Shown here in pieces: positions 27,003 through 38,898 of a stretch of DNA of 64,000 nucleotides. The first letter of the stretch is position 1, and each line of letters begins with the position of its first letter. Made by a program: the position numbers and the translations under genes. Source of the DNA: an uncultured delta proteobacterium. GTDB lineage: Bacteria > Desulfobacterota > Binatia > UBA9968. The DNA lies in the NCBI GenBank assembly GCA_963755715.1, contig CAVWLW010000032.1, positions 22,564-86,563 on the forward strand. Reading direction: 5' to 3'. Under the pieces are notes generated by a model that worked only from the letters and a program-made list of their open reading frames with translations, made no database searches and was not told where the DNA came from.

Positions 27003-28752
27003 ATGCCCGCACGTTACGGTTCCGATCTGGTCGTCGATCTGCTCAAAATTCTTGGCATCGAATATGTCGCGCTCAATCCCGGCTCGAGCTTTCGCGGCAT
27101 TCACGATTCTCTGGTCAATTACGAGAGCGGCCGCACGCCGAATCCCGAAATGATTCTCTGCTGCCATGAAGAGATCGCCGTGGCGGTGGCGCACGGCTAC
27201 GCCAAGGCGACGGGCAAGATCATGCCGGCGATCGTGCACAACGTCGTCGGTCTGCAGCACGCCTCGATGGCGATCTACAACGCCTGGTGCGATCACACGC
27301 CGGTGATGGTCATGGGCGGCACCGGGCCGATGAACTCCGCCAAACGCCGTCCCTGGATCGACTGGATTCACACGGCGCAGGTGCAGGGCAATCTGGTGCG
27401 CGATTTCGTCAAGTGGGACGATCAGCCGGTGGGCATCGAGGCGTTTCCGTCCTCGATCATGCGCGGCTATCGCATCGCCATGAGCGATCCGGGCGGGCCC
27501 GTGTATCTTTGCTTCGACGTCACCGATCAGGAGGCCGCGATCGAAAAAGAAATTCCCCTGCCCGATCCGAAGCGTTTCCGCCCCGCGGCGCCGCTGCAGG
27601 CGGACTACGATGCGATCAAAGAAGCGGCGCAGTTACTCGCGTCGGCGCAAAACCCGGTGATCCTCGCCGACTATGTGGGGCGGAACAACGACGCGGTGTT
27701 GAGCCTGGTGGCCCTCGCCGATCTGCTGTCGATTCCGGTCATCGATCTCGGTGCGCGCTTGAATTTCCCCAACACGCATGCGCTCAATCTCACCGGCAGG
27801 AATCGCGAGCTGATCGCCAATGCCGACGTGATCATGGGTCTCGACGTCACCGATCTTTACGGCGCGCTGGTGCGCACGGATCCCAACACGCACGCCAACG
27901 TTCCCGCGACCAAACCCGGCTGCAAAGTGATCAACGTCACGCTCAAAGATATCGTAGTGCGCGGCTGGACCAGCGACTTTCAGGAGCTGGCGCCGGTGGA
28001 TTTGCCGATCGTCGCGAATACCCGAGTTTTTCTCCCGCGCTTTGGCCGAAGAGATCAGGAAGCAGGGAAAATTTTCCAAGAGCGTCGTCGATGACCGGCG
28101 CAAGGCAATGGCGGCGCAGCATGAAGAAGTCCATGCGCGCTGGCAAGCCGATCTCAAGAAGCGCTGGGACGAGCGGCCGATCGCGCCGCCGCGTTTAGCC
28201 TGGGAAATTTGGGAAGCATTAAAAAAAGAAGATTGGCTGCTGGTGGCTGGCGCTTTTCGCGGTTGGCCGAGCCGTCTGTGGACTTGGGACAAGCCCGGTC
28301 TCTTTCTCGGCGGCTACGGCGGCGGTGGTTTGGGTTATGGTCCGGCGGCATCGGTCGGCGCGTCGCTGCCCTACCGCGGCACGGGCAAGATCTGCGTCAA
28401 TCTGCAGCGCGACGGCGAGATGCTTTACACGCCGAGCGCCCTGTGGACTGCGGCGAATACCGGCGTGCCGTTCTTGACGATAATGACCAACAATCGGGTT
28501 TATTATAACGACGTGGAGCATCAGGAAAAAGTTGCGATCCACCGCGGCCGGCCGGTTGAGAACAAACTCGTCGGTATGGAAATGGCCAAGCCCCCGGTCG
28601 ACTTTGCCAACTTGGCCCGCTCCTTCAGTCTTCACGGCGAGGGACCGATCACCGAACCGGAGCAGATTCGTCCGGCGGTGGAACGGGCGATCAAGGTCAT
28701 CAAAGAAGAAAAACGACCGGCCTTGGTCGATGTGTACATGCAGATGGTGTGA
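27003..28752 (+). CDS. Thiamine-pyrophosphate-dependent enzyme (acetolactate synthase/benzoylformate decarboxylase family), frameshift at about 28050
   Basis: N-terminal TPP-binding domain (…VALNPGSSFRGIHDSL…) and a C-terminal TPP domain (…GGLGYGPAASVGASL…) in two overlapping frames. Confidence 0.75.
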
Positions 28753-29789
28753 CGCATCGTCGGCGGGAGCAGAGCAGGAGATCGACTATGGGCAGAGCGA
28801 AACTGCTGCGTTTGAGTTTGATCGTTGGTTTAGTCTGGGGCAGCGCTGGCGTTGTCAACGCACAGAGCAAGCCACTCAAGAAGATCCGCGTGGGCGTGCC
28901 GTCGGTCGGCGTTGCGAATATCATTATCTTTGTCACCAAGGAAGCCAAGCTGTATGAAAAGTATGGGCTCGACGGCGAAGTCATCACGATCAACGGTTCG
29001 GGAATCGCCTCGAAAGCATTGATCAGCGGCAATATCGATATCTGTCCCGTCGCGACGCCGACGGTGATCGCCGCGAATCTCGCCGGATCGGATATGCAGA
29101 TTCTTGCGCATACTATGCCCGGCGTCGTTCATGCGCTGATGGTGAGACCGGAGATCAAGCGGGTGGAAGATCTCAAAGGCAAAAAAATCGCCGTGTCGAG
29201 CCTCGGCTCGCTGACCGATTTTCTGGTGAAGGCGATCGCCAAGAAGAAGGGTCTCAATCCGGATCGCGATTTCACCTTCATCCAAATGGGTGGCGACGGC
29301 GAGCGCATCGCCGCGCTCAAGGCCGGAGTCGTCGACGCCGCGGCGCTATCCCATCCCGGCTATGGGACGGCGCGGAAAATAGGCTTTCCGATGCTGTGGG
29401 ACGCGGCCAAGGAGCTCGACTATCCGTGGATGGAAATCACGACGCGGCGGGCGACGATCAAGAGCGATCGAGAACTGGTCATGAATTACGTCAAGGCGCA
29501 TCTCGATGGGATCGCACTGTTCAAAAAAGATCGCGACTTCGGCCGCAAGGTGATCAAAAAGACCTTGCGCATGGACGATGACGAGTTGGTCAACGAGTCC
29601 TATGAAATTTATTCCAAAGCATTTATCCCGGCGCCCTATCCCAATCTTCCCGGCATGAAAGTCAGCTTCGAATACGTCGCCGCGACACGGCCGGACGTCT
29701 GGAGCCACAAGGCCGAAGAATTCGCCGACCCAAGTTTCGTCGCCGAGCTGGACAAGAGCGGGTTTATCAAGTCGCTGTATGGGAAATAA
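28749..29789 (+). CDS. NMT1-like ABC substrate-binding protein with signal peptide
   Basis: Paralog of 40044..41044 (VGVPSVGVANIIIFVTKEAKLYEKYGLD…). Confidence 0.8.
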   Translation: MTHRRREQSRRSTMGRAKLLRLSLIVGLVWGSAGVVNAQSKPLKKIRVGVPSVGVANIIIFVTKEAKLYEKYGLDGEVITINGSGIASKALISGNIDICPVATPTVIAANLAGSDMQILAHTMPGVVHALMVRPEIKRVEDLKGKKIAVSSLGSLTDFLVKAIAKKKGLNPDRDFTFIQMGGDGERIAALKAGVVDAAALSHPGYGTARKIGFPMLWDAAKELDYPWMEITTRRATIKSDRELVMNYVKAHLDGIALFKKDRDFGRKVIKKTLRMDDDELVNESYEIYSKAFIPAPYPNLPGMKVSFEYVAATRPDVWSHKAEEFADPSFVAELDKSGFIKSLYGK

Positions 29790-29833
29790 CGCTGACAGCC
29801 ATGTGCGAAGCTTAAAGAATCTTTTGCCGCAGC

Positions 29834-30245
29834 TCATCGAGCGTATAGCAAGACTTTGCCCTTGCCTCGTCTACGATCAATGCTGCGATACACGAACTCC
29901 ACTCCGTCAATAGATCTTCGGTTTCCCGGCAGGTCAATCACATGGCTGCCGTGACCTTCGCGAAAACGCGCCTGGATTTTCGGTCTAAACTTCTTGCCGT
30001 CGTCAAAGGTCACGACCATCTCGCGGATCTCGATCGGCGCATCTCTGACTTCCGATTCGCAATTCCCGGAATGGTCCGTCATTCTGTTTGACGTCAATTC
30101 GATCGTGATCGTTGTCGAAATTCACCTCTTGCTCACCTAATAGCTGCCATCGACCGCCTTTTTGTGTCGCGCCGGAAACGCCGGCGCAGAGCAGTACAAT
30201 CAAAAGTATTGCGAACATGAATGACCGCTTCATACAACCTCCCAT
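29834..30245 (-). CDS. Secreted/lipoprotein hypothetical protein (frameshifted)
   Basis: Lipoprotein signal (MKRSFMFAILLIVLLCAG) and a conserved-looking C-terminal piece in a second frame. Confidence 0.35.
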
Positions 30246-30625
30246 AGCGCCACAATGATTATTCGCAGCCTCTCCCTATGCCTCAACGTACCTACGCAAT
30301 GTGCTGTTCCGTGCTAATAATTTCCTACTCGCCATACTGGTGAAGGCTAAGTCAAACGCATCGATGAGACCATTTAATTGTACTCGGCTTCATAACGTTT
30401 GGGCTATTACTTTTTTCCTCAAGGCAAAACGATAGTAGTTCTCAGGTCCTGATAAGATTGAAGCCAATTCTTAGGCGAAGCTGACTTGTCCGGTAATTTC
30501 TACCGGCAGATCGCCTCTAATTCCCTCCGCGCGCTTTTGCCCAAGTTTTCTAACTGGGCGAGATTTGGGCACTTTATGCCTGGTATGACGGTTGCTCTAC
30601 TCTTGTTCCAGAGGAGGACAACATT

Positions 30626-30850
30626 ATGAGAACCATTGCAACGATACTATTGCTGGGAAGTTTAGCTCTGACCGGTTGTGAATTTGCTGCGGGAGCTGCT
30701 ACCGGCGCTTTGGCGACCGGCGCCGGCTATGAAATCAATGCGAAGCGGCAGATGGACCGGCTTGACGATGATTATCGTCATGAGCGAATTAGCCGCCGCG
30801 AATATGAACGCCGTAAAGATCAGATAGAGCGCGGCTCGATTATTTACTAA
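30626..30850 (+). CDS. Small lipoprotein with SHOCT-like C-terminus
   Basis: MRTIATILLLGSLALTGC lipobox. C-terminus …ISRREYERRKDQI…. Confidence 0.5.
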   Translation: MRTIATILLLGSLALTGCEFAAGAATGALATGAGYEINAKRQMDRLDDDYRHERISRREYERRKDQIERGSIIY

Positions 30851-31012
30851 TATTCTAAGTCGAACTTCTGATCGGCTATTGTTCCAGGCGCCGTCTAACG
30901 CGATCTCGCGACAGGCGGCGCCTGGAAATGCGCTTTACAGAAGCCAGCGCGTTTTCGCCGCTTCCGTGCATCCACCGCACATATCAAAACACAAATCTGT
31001 CAGTGGCTGGCG

Positions 31013-31264
31013 TCAAGGCTGAAAAAACGAAGACGGCACCAAAAGAACTTGCTCATAGTTTTCTAGCTTAAACTTCTTTCCTGTTTTAAGGCACAGAGCA
31101 TTGTGGCCTTTAATAGCTTGCACCTGGGGTGGGACGGGGCCTGTGCCGAAGGATTCGGCAATGCTTTGCTTGCGGTCCGGGCCGTGGTCGAGATGGATTT
31201 TCATGAGAAGCGGATGCTCGCTGCCGCAATCATTGCAAAGAACGTAGACTTCGTATGCCGGCAT
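31013..31264 (-). CDS. Hypothetical small Cys-containing protein
   Basis: MPAYEVYVLCNDCGSEHPLLMKIHLDHGP… Low-GC surroundings. Confidence 0.3.
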   Translation of the reverse strand: MPAYEVYVLCNDCGSEHPLLMKIHLDHGPDRKQSIAESFGTGPVPPQVQAIKGHNALCLKTGKKFKLENYEQVLLVPSSFFQP

Positions 31265-31520
31265 GATGCGCTCTTTATCGCCAATCTGGTTTAAGCTGTG
31301 AAGTGCTCTCTTGTGCACTTCTCTCGCTATCCGCCTCTTCTCTAAAACATCCGGGCTATTCTACTTTCTAAAGATTAACAAAGAAAATTGTAATCTAACA
31401 GATTATTGAAGCAATATATAAAACCGGGCCCCGAAACAGAAGGAGGAGCGTTTTCGACACCGGCAGCATAATAGTTCGGCCTAAGTCGCTTCATGGTAAA
31501 TACTTGGTTACAATCACAAC

Positions 31521-32713
31521 ATGAAACGCTCTGGCGTCGCCGACCTTCCTCTCCATGGCGGCCGCGTGCCGCAATGGCTTGCCGAACGAATGACCCAACT
31601 GGGCACGGCTATCACCGAAGCCGTCGTCCAGGATTATGGCGCCTCGGCTTTTCTCTCGCGGCTGAGCGATCCCTTCTGGTTCCAGGCGTTGGGCGCGGTG
31701 ATGGGAATGGACTGGCATTCTTCGGGCATTACCACGTCAGTCATGGGAGCCCTCAAGCGCGGGCTAACACCACGAGCAAATGAGCTTGGGCATTTATATC
31801 TGCGGCGGCCGCGGCAGGTTTTCGCGCAACACGCCGCAGGAATTGCGCTCGATCGCCGAGCGATCGAGGATTCGACGGCGAAGCCCTGGTCCGCAACAGC
31901 CGGCTCACGGCGCGCATCGACAATAATGCGATCGCCGATGGATTTCAGATCTACCTCCATAGTTTCATTGTGACTTCGGACGGCGAGTGGGCCGTCGTGC
32001 AGCAGGGTTTGAACGATCGGAGCGGCTTGGCGCGTCGGTACCACTGGCACTCCGCCGCCGTGCGCGATTTCGTCGCCGAGCCGCACAGCGCAATCGTCGG
32101 CGAGAATCAGGGCACGATCATGAACCTCGTGGATGCTCAAGCCAAGCCCGCGCAAACCGCTTTGCTTGACATCGCGCGCGAAAATCCAGACACGACTTTA
32201 AGGGCGGCGCGCCACCTGCGCCTGCCGGGTCATCACGAAGTACGCGCGGAGAACATCGATCTCAAGCGTCTCGGCGCCGTGCTCGCCGTCGCGTACGAAA
32301 GGGATCTGCACCAGTTCGCCGAACTTCTGCTCTTGGAGAAACTCGGTCCACGCACTCTTCAGTCGCTCGCCTTAATTGCCGAAGTTGTCCACGGCGCACC
32401 GAGCCGTTTCACCGATCCCGCGCGCTTTTCATTCGCGCACGGCGGCAAGGATGGTCATCCATTTCCGGTCCCGTTGAGGACCTATGACGAATCCCTTAAC
32501 TGCCTCAGAACGTCACTCGAGCTAGCCAAGCTCGGCGACAAAGACAAACTCGAGGGCTTTCACCGCCTCGAACGATTCGTCCGGACCATCGAAACCCGCC
32601 TCCAACCCGAAGCCGACTTCGATGCGGTCATTGCCCACGAAAAAGCGATCTCTCCCTCGCTCGACGGCCGTTCCGTCTTTGACGATAAGCCCCGACAGCT
32701 GTCACTTTTCTGA
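31521..32713 (+). CDS. Conserved hypothetical protein (DUF763-like), frameshifted
   Basis: MKRSGVADLPLHGGRVPQWLAERMTQLG… The family name is from memory only. Pieces lie in two or three frames. Confidence 0.4.
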
Positions 32714-32839
32714 TTTCAGGACGGAGGAGAGTTCGCTCAGGACAAACTCCGGCGCAGGGAGCCATGAACCGAACTGTCACAAAGGTTGGCGGTCGGTGAC
32801 TTCACTTGCGAGACACAACGCTTCCGAACATCAAGCCGA

Positions 32840-33796
32840 TCAGCGAACGGTAATAAATAAAACGCCGGCAACCATGAGCACTGCGCCGAGAATGATGCGC
32901 AAATTTACCGTCTCGATTTTGCGCAGGAAGATCGCACTGAAGAAAACGGTGAAAAGCGGCGTCGTGTTGAGCAGCGGTATGATCACGGACAGCTGACCGC
33001 GGCCGAGCGCGATGAAGTTCGCCACCTGCGCGAGCGTTGCCAATGAAGCCGCGCCGACGAAGAAAACCAGGCTGCGCCCCGGTAGGAGGAATTGGGCGGT
33101 TCGTTTGGTGGTGAATGCGAACAGCAGCAGCAAGATCAGCGACACAGTAGTCACCACCGCCACGGCGACGAATGGATCGGGGATAATTTTCAACCCTTGC
33201 TTGCGCAGGCTTTGTGAGACCGCCGAGATGAGGCCGGCGCTGATCGGCAGGAGCGCGTCGACCAAGCGCCATTTCGTATCGCCTTGCTGCCTTCCCGAGA
33301 TCACCCAAAGGCTGCCGACAATCAGAACCGTGCCGAGGAAGACCCACCAACCAGGCTGTTCGTGGAAGATGGTAATTGCGATGGCGGTCGCGAAGAGCGG
33401 CTCGCTGCCGCGCAGCGGCCCGGCGCGGGCGACGCCGATACGCGTGATGCCCTCGTAAAAAAGCGCGCGCGCAAAAAGCGGTTGCATGGAGCCGCTGATC
33501 AAATAGTAGATCATTGCCGGCGAGCGGAGAAAATCGAGCGAGGTCGTGGTGATCAAATAGCTCCACATGCAGGTGATCGACACCGTATAACTCACTAACA
33601 TGGCGGCGAAGATATTCGACTGGCGCAAGCCGAAGCGGACCAAGATAGAATCTCCCGCCCAACCCATGGCGGAACCGATGGCGATAATTTCAGCGGACAG
33701 CGGCGTCAAGTGTCGTCTCGTTTGCGGAAGTGTCAGATAAGCCGAGTGCGCGGGCATTTGCAAATGTGCGGCTGGAGAAAGAGCCAAATGCCGCAA
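32840..33796 (-). CDS. EamA/DMT-superfamily membrane transporter
   Basis: About 10 predicted TM helices with a duplicated EamA-like layout. Confidence 0.65.
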   Translation of the reverse strand: MRHLALSPAAHLQMPAHSAYLTLPQTRRHLTPLSAEIIAIGSAMGWAGDSILVRFGLRQSNIFAAMLVSYTVSITCMWSYLITTTSLDFLRSPAMIYYLISGSMQPLFARALFYEGITRIGVARAGPLRGSEPLFATAIAITIFHEQPGWWVFLGTVLIVGSLWVISGRQQGDTKWRLVDALLPISAGLISAVSQSLRKQGLKIIPDPFVAVAVVTTVSLILLLLFAFTTKRTAQFLLPGRSLVFFVGAASLATLAQVANFIALGRGQLSVIIPLLNTTPLFTVFFSAIFLRKIETVNLRIILGAVLMVAGVLFITVR

Positions 33797-33884
33797 ACTG
33801 GATCGACATGGCTTGCGCTCTCGGCAAATACTGGCCTAAGATCGACTTCGCCGGGAACAGAAATTCTTCAGTCGAGGAGGAAAT

Positions 33885-34322
33885 ATGGAAAAGCAAGCGA
33901 AGGTCGTGCAGCTAAAGACTCAACTGGTGAAAGAGGGGCACACGCGGGAGTTGCTCGCGGAAACCGATCTGATGACCTTGAGGATCCATTGCTATGCGCC
34001 GGGGATCGGCGAAAACGCGCTGCATTCGCACACCAAGGAAGATCATATGTTCCTGGTGCTGCAGGGGACGGCGCAGTTCACCACCGGACGCGACGGCAAG
34101 ATGGTCGTCACGGCGGGAAAAAATCAAGCGGTCGTGCTCCCGGCTGGTTGTTACTATCAGTTCTGCAACTCGGGCAGCGATCCACTCGTGATGGCGCGCG
34201 TCGGCGCGGGATCGGACAAGGCCGATCAACGAATCAACCCCGACGGATCGGCGATTCCAGGAAGAACCCATGAGCAGGGCGCGGCGAAACCAGTTTTGAT
34301 CGAAGGAGCTTTCTTTGAATAG
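33885..34322 (+). CDS. Cupin-domain protein
   Basis: …GIGENALHSHTKEDHMFLVLQGTAQFTTG…VVLPAGCYYQFCNSG…. Confidence 0.7.
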   Translation: MEKQAKVVQLKTQLVKEGHTRELLAETDLMTLRIHCYAPGIGENALHSHTKEDHMFLVLQGTAQFTTGRDGKMVVTAGKNQAVVLPAGCYYQFCNSGSDPLVMARVGAGSDKADQRINPDGSAIPGRTHEQGAAKPVLIEGAFFE

Positions 34323-34384
34323 CGTCAATGGTTCGGGCTTTCGTGGGCTCACCGCAGAGACGCTGAGAACCCTGAGACGGTTGT

Positions 34385-34755
34385 TATCAACGGACTAACC
34401 GAGAAGATTATCGGGGCAGCGATAGTGGTTCATAAAACCCTCGGACCCGGCTTCTGGAATCGGCTTATGAAGAATGTTCGGCGTACGAGCTTTCCCTTGC
34501 CAACATTTTCTTCGAATGTCAGCTGGCACTGCCGGTAAGCGACAAGTCACTTCAGCTCGACTGCGGATATCGACTCGATTCTTAATTGAAAAGACCGTGA
34601 TTTTGGAACTGAAAGCGGTGGAGACGTTACAACCGATTCACGAGGCTCAACTTTTGACCTATCTGAAACTAGGTGGATGGCCGATCGGTTTGCTGATCAA
34701 CTTCAACGTGCCTATTCTCAAGAAGGGAATCAGGCGACTGGTAAATAATTTTTAG
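34385..34755 (+). pseudogene. GxxExxY-family protein (putative PD-(D/E)xK-like), multiple frameshifts
   Basis: LTEKIIGAAIVVHKTLGPGF…ESAYEE…YELSL…[49 protein letters not shown]…. Confidence 0.55.
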
Positions 34756-34910
34756 TAACCTCTGCGAACTCAGCGTCTCTGTGGTGAAACTCCTAACAGG
34801 AAATCGCAAGTCATCGGAAACCTTTGAATAGAGGGAGGGACAAGCCCGCGCTCGTGGGGGGAGCACGGGCTTGTCGGGAGAGCTTCCCCTACGGGAAGTG
34901 GCGGAACTGC

Positions 34911-35120
34911 TTAGGCAATGTCTCTCATGTGCGTGAAAGTGTACTGCAGCTTTCTAATCTCGGCGTTGAACCAACGTTGACGTCGGCGATGGCGCGTCAG
35001 GTGCGGTTTGAGAAGCGACTGCGGGTACATCTTGGCGCCGCATTTCTCACACTTGACGGCTTCAAAGTCACTCCGAGCCAACGATATTATTTTCGATTCC
35101 TCTTGTGAACCTGGCCGCAT
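34911..35120 (-). CDS. Small protein with a C2H2-like zinc-finger pattern
   Basis: VKCEKCGAKMYPQSLLKPHLTRH fits C-x2-C-x12-H-x3-H. Confidence 0.3.
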   Translation of the reverse strand: MRPGSQEESKIISLARSDFEAVKCEKCGAKMYPQSLLKPHLTRHRRRQRWFNAEIRKLQYTFTHMRDIA

Positions 35121-35724
35121 GATCTTCCTCCTCGGCTGTTGCGGCTTGAAGGAGCAAGTGACATGCCAGCATCCCTAAACCCCTTTGATCATGGATTTCT
35201 GAATCTTTTTGCGCGGTAAATAGGATGGACGGCTGGCTATTGGTTTGACGTAGATGTCAGGGACGTGTCACGGGTGACAGCGGACAATCCAGCACTCACA
35301 ATTACTGCCACGTCATCGGCGCAGAAGAGCGGAAATTTCAATACCCAGCAGGCTCAACTTGACAATTGCGCCAGGTGATTTTCTTGCGCGGCGCGGGCGA
35401 GTTTGGAAGAGTTGGCGACGAGGGGCGTAAAAGTTTTTTACAAGCCACCCGGCAAGTCGAAAAATTCGGCGGCAGTGCTGCCCAATAAATTATCGAAGTC
35501 TTGCGAGCTCAGACCGGAGCAGGTTTGACGCGCAGCGGTTTGATGTGCGCTGGCACGTACGGTGCGCGCGCCGGATAGTCGATCCGATAACGGCCCGTGG
35601 GCAAGGCGACGACGTGCGGTCCCTGCTCGGCATATTTCAGGTCCAGACCGGCAAAGGCGTCGAGGGGAGTAAAATGAGTATCGATTATCTTCTACCTCCG
35701 GTTCGAAACCAATCCACATTCATG

Positions 35725-36702
35725 TTACCGCACGCCGACGACTCTTCGCACCGCATCGATAATATGCTCTTTGCCGGGTACAAACTGCGCCTTCAACGCC
35801 GAGCTCGCGGGCACAGGCGCGAACGGCGCGGCGATGCGCAATATCGGGCTGTCTAGATAATAGAAAGCTTCCTGTTGAATGCGCGCGACGATTTCCGCGC
35901 CGATGCCGCCTTGCTCGACAGCTTCGTGCACGACGATCAGCCGGCTGGTTTTTTTTACCGAGTCGACAATTGATGCCACGTCAAGCGGCGAGATGCTGCG
36001 CGGATCGATTACTTCGGCGGAAATTCCTTCATTCGCTAACTCTTCGGCCGCGGCGAGCGCCAGTGCAAGCATGCTCGACAGAGCGACTATCGTCACGTGA
36101 TCGCCTTGCCGCAGAACCTTGGCTTTACCAATCGGGACGATGTGATCGCTATCGGGAACTTGCCCTTTCGACCAATAGAGCCCGCGATGCTCGATGAAGA
36201 CCACTGGGTTGTCGTCGCGAATAGCTGTCTTCAGCAATCCTTTGGCATCGGCGGGATTGGACGGCATCACTACTTTCAAACCAGGGACATGTGCGAGCCA
36301 GGCTTCGAGGCTTTGCGAGTGATGCGCACCCATGGTGCCGCTGATGCCGCACTGGACGCGCACGGTGAGCGGAATTTTTAGCTGCCCGCCGGACATGTAA
36401 TGGAGTTTCGCGGCATGGTTGACCAACTGATCCATCGCCAGGGTGATGAAGTCGATGAACATGATCTCGACAACGGGTCTGAGCCCTGCCGTTGCCGCGC
36501 CGACAGCGAGACCCATGACCGTGCCTTCGCTGATCGGCGTGTTGACCATCCGATTCGCGCCAAGCTCTTCAGCGAGTCCTTTGGTGACGCCGAAAGGGCC
36601 GCCGAGGGCGACGTCTTCGCCGAAGACGTAAACGGATAAATCGCGGCGCATTTCCTCGGCGAGACCGGCGCGGATAGCATCAAGATAGGTTTGTTCAGGC
36701 AT
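35725..36702 (-). CDS. 2-oxoacid (pyruvate/acetoin) dehydrogenase E1 component beta subunit
   Basis: Transketolase-like pyrimidine-binding and C-terminal domains. Confidence 0.9.
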   Translation of the reverse strand: MPEQTYLDAIRAGLAEEMRRDLSVYVFGEDVALGGPFGVTKGLAEELGANRMVNTPISEGTVMGLAVGAATAGLRPVVEIMFIDFITLAMDQLVNHAAKLHYMSGGQLKIPLTVRVQCGISGTMGAHHSQSLEAWLAHVPGLKVVMPSNPADAKGLLKTAIRDDNPVVFIEHRGLYWSKGQVPDSDHIVPIGKAKVLRQGDHVTIVALSSMLALALAAAEELANEGISAEVIDPRSISPLDVASIVDSVKKTSRLIVVHEAVEQGGIGAEIVARIQQEAFYYLDSPILRIAAPFAPVPASSALKAQFVPGKEHIIDAVRRVVGVR

Positions 36703-36719
36703 TGCGAATAAGAATTTCG

Positions 36720-37729
36720 GAAGGGCGCAGCATGCTACGCCCCTACAATTCGCACGTTATGTCGATACTGCGTAGACTTGATCGTCGCTGTCGTCTTGCT
36801 GTGGGCCAAGGAGATGACAGCGCGAATTCGGCGGCTTTCTCGACAAGCTCGCGTGCTTCGCTTTCGATCGATTCAAGTTGCTTTGTCTGTAATCATCTTT
36901 CTTGCTTTCAGCGCACGGGCGACACGCGCGATGGGATCTCTTCTTTTTCCATTCGGCGAGCTGCGACAACTCGCGATATTTTGCCGGGTCGCCTTCGTAG
37001 TGGCCGCGCATGCGGTGCGTCAAGCATTCGACGAAAATCGGTCCTTTGCCGGCGCGGCATTGCTCACGGCTTTCTCATCGCTTCGCGCACGGCGAAGAGG
37101 TCGTTGCCATCGACGGTGCTGGCCGGAATCCCGTAGGTCTTCGCATGCTGCGCCAAGCGTTCAATTTTCGTGTGCGCCGACAGCGGCGTAAACTCGGCGT
37201 AGCCGTTGTTCTCACAGACGAAGATGACCGGTAACTTCCAGAGGCTGGCGATATTAAGCGACTCGTGAAACGGCCCGGCTTGACCGGCGCCGTCGCCGAA
37301 AAAAACCACGGCAACTTGATGTTTCTTCCGTTCTTTGGCCGCAAAGGCTGCGCCTAAGGCAAGCGGAATCGTGCCGCCGACAACGCCGGTGGCGGTGATG
37401 AAGCCGGTTTCTTTGGCGACGATATGCATCGAGCCGCCTTTGCCACCGCAATAGCCGGTGGCACGGCCGGCGATTTCGGCCATGAGCTTGTTGATATCGG
37501 CGCCCTTGGCGATGGCATGGCCGTGCGAGCGATGACCGCCGAAGACATAATCGTCATTCTCCAGCAAGCTGCAGACACCGACCGCGACGGCTTCTTGGCC
37601 GATGCCCAAATGCAGCAAGCCGACGATCTGACGCTCGGCGTAAAGCGCCGAGGCTTTTTCCTCGAAGGCGCGAATGAGCCACATGCGGCGCAGCAAGGCG
37701 ATAAGGTCGGAAGAATTTTTTTTAGCCAT
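36720..37729 (-). pseudogene. 2-oxoacid dehydrogenase E1 alpha subunit (TPP-binding), C-terminal frameshift
   Basis: Intact to …FAVREAMRKP*. The family C-terminus (…HRMRGHYEGDPAKYR…) continues in another frame. Confidence 0.7.
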
Positions 37730-37924
37730 GACGTAGTAGGGTATTCAAAACGAAACCGCCGGCAATCGACATAAGCAAGTCGAATTGTGCTGCGATGAGA
37801 ATCAAAGGAAGAAAGATTTCTCGCGGCGCCTGCCCTGAGCATTGCCGAAGGGCTCGAAATGACACGCAAGGAGCTGAATAGCAACGCATTCTAAAAAGTA
37901 GAAAACTTGGAACTAGAAACTACC

Positions 37925-38896
37925 TCAGCGCAGCGCTGCCTTGACCGCATCCATGATGCGTGACTCCGAGGGGCCGATATGCGCTTCGAGCGGCGGGCTG
38001 TACGGCACGGGCACGTCTAACGTCGAGACGCGGCGGATGGGCGCTTTCAATTTGTCGAAGCCGCTCTCGGCGATGCGCGCGGCAATCTCGGCGGCGACGC
38101 CACAGCTCTGATGGGTTTCGTCGGCAATGACAACTCTATGGGTCTTTTCGATCGAGGAGAGAATCGTTGCCAAATCGAAGGGCACGAGCGTCCGCGGATC
38201 GACGACTTCCACTTCGATGCCTTCTTTTGCGAGTTTCTCGGCGGCCTGAAGACCGACTTGCACGGTATAGGACGTCGCGACCAATGTGACGTGGCTGCCT
38301 TTGCGTTTCACATCGGCAACACCGAACGGTATCGGCTTGTCGTTGTCCGGGATTTCACCGCGAATATCCAACAGCCTGGTGTGATCGACGAAGATGGTCG
38401 GGTTATCGCTGGCGACGGCGGTCTTGAGCAAGCCTTTTACGTCGCGCGGCGAAGAGGGAATTGCGATCTCCAAACCGGGAACATTCCACAGCATGGCCTG
38501 GGGACTGCCGGAGTGTTGCGCCGCGCCGCCGCCGCGCAGGCCGTGAAATAGATGAAACACCACCGGTACGCGCGTCTGACCGCCGGACATGGAAAAAGCG
38601 TTGGCCGCTTCGTTGGCGACTTGCGGCCAGGCTTCATAGATAAAACTGCCGGTGCTGAGATCGACGACCGGCCTTAAGCCTGCCATCGCCGCGCCGGTGG
38701 CGAGACCGCAAAAGCCAAGCTCGGAGATTGGCGGCGAGATCATGCGCTCGGCGTATTTATTTTTGAGATTTTGGTAGACGTGGCGGTGCGGGCTCAGACT
38801 CAAAAAAGTCCCGTTGATCAGATGGACTCTCTCGTCCGCCGCCATGATCTCTTCCAGCGCCTCGAATTTGGCTTCGTAATAGGCAAGCTCTTTCAT
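37925..38896 (-). CDS. 2-oxoacid dehydrogenase E1 beta subunit (second copy)
   Basis: Paralog of 35725..36702. Confidence 0.9.
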   Translation of the reverse strand: MKELAYYEAKFEALEEIMAADERVHLINGTFLSLSPHRHVYQNLKNKYAERMISPPISELGFCGLATGAAMAGLRPVVDLSTGSFIYEAWPQVANEAANAFSMSGGQTRVPVVFHLFHGLRGGGAAQHSGSPQAMLWNVPGLEIAIPSSPRDVKGLLKTAVASDNPTIFVDHTRLLDIRGEIPDNDKPIPFGVADVKRKGSHVTLVATSYTVQVGLQAAEKLAKEGIEVEVVDPRTLVPFDLATILSSIEKTHRVVIADETHQSCGVAAEIAARIAESGFDKLKAPIRRVSTLDVPVPYSPPLEAHIGPSESRIMDAVKAALR

Positions 38897-38898
38897 AA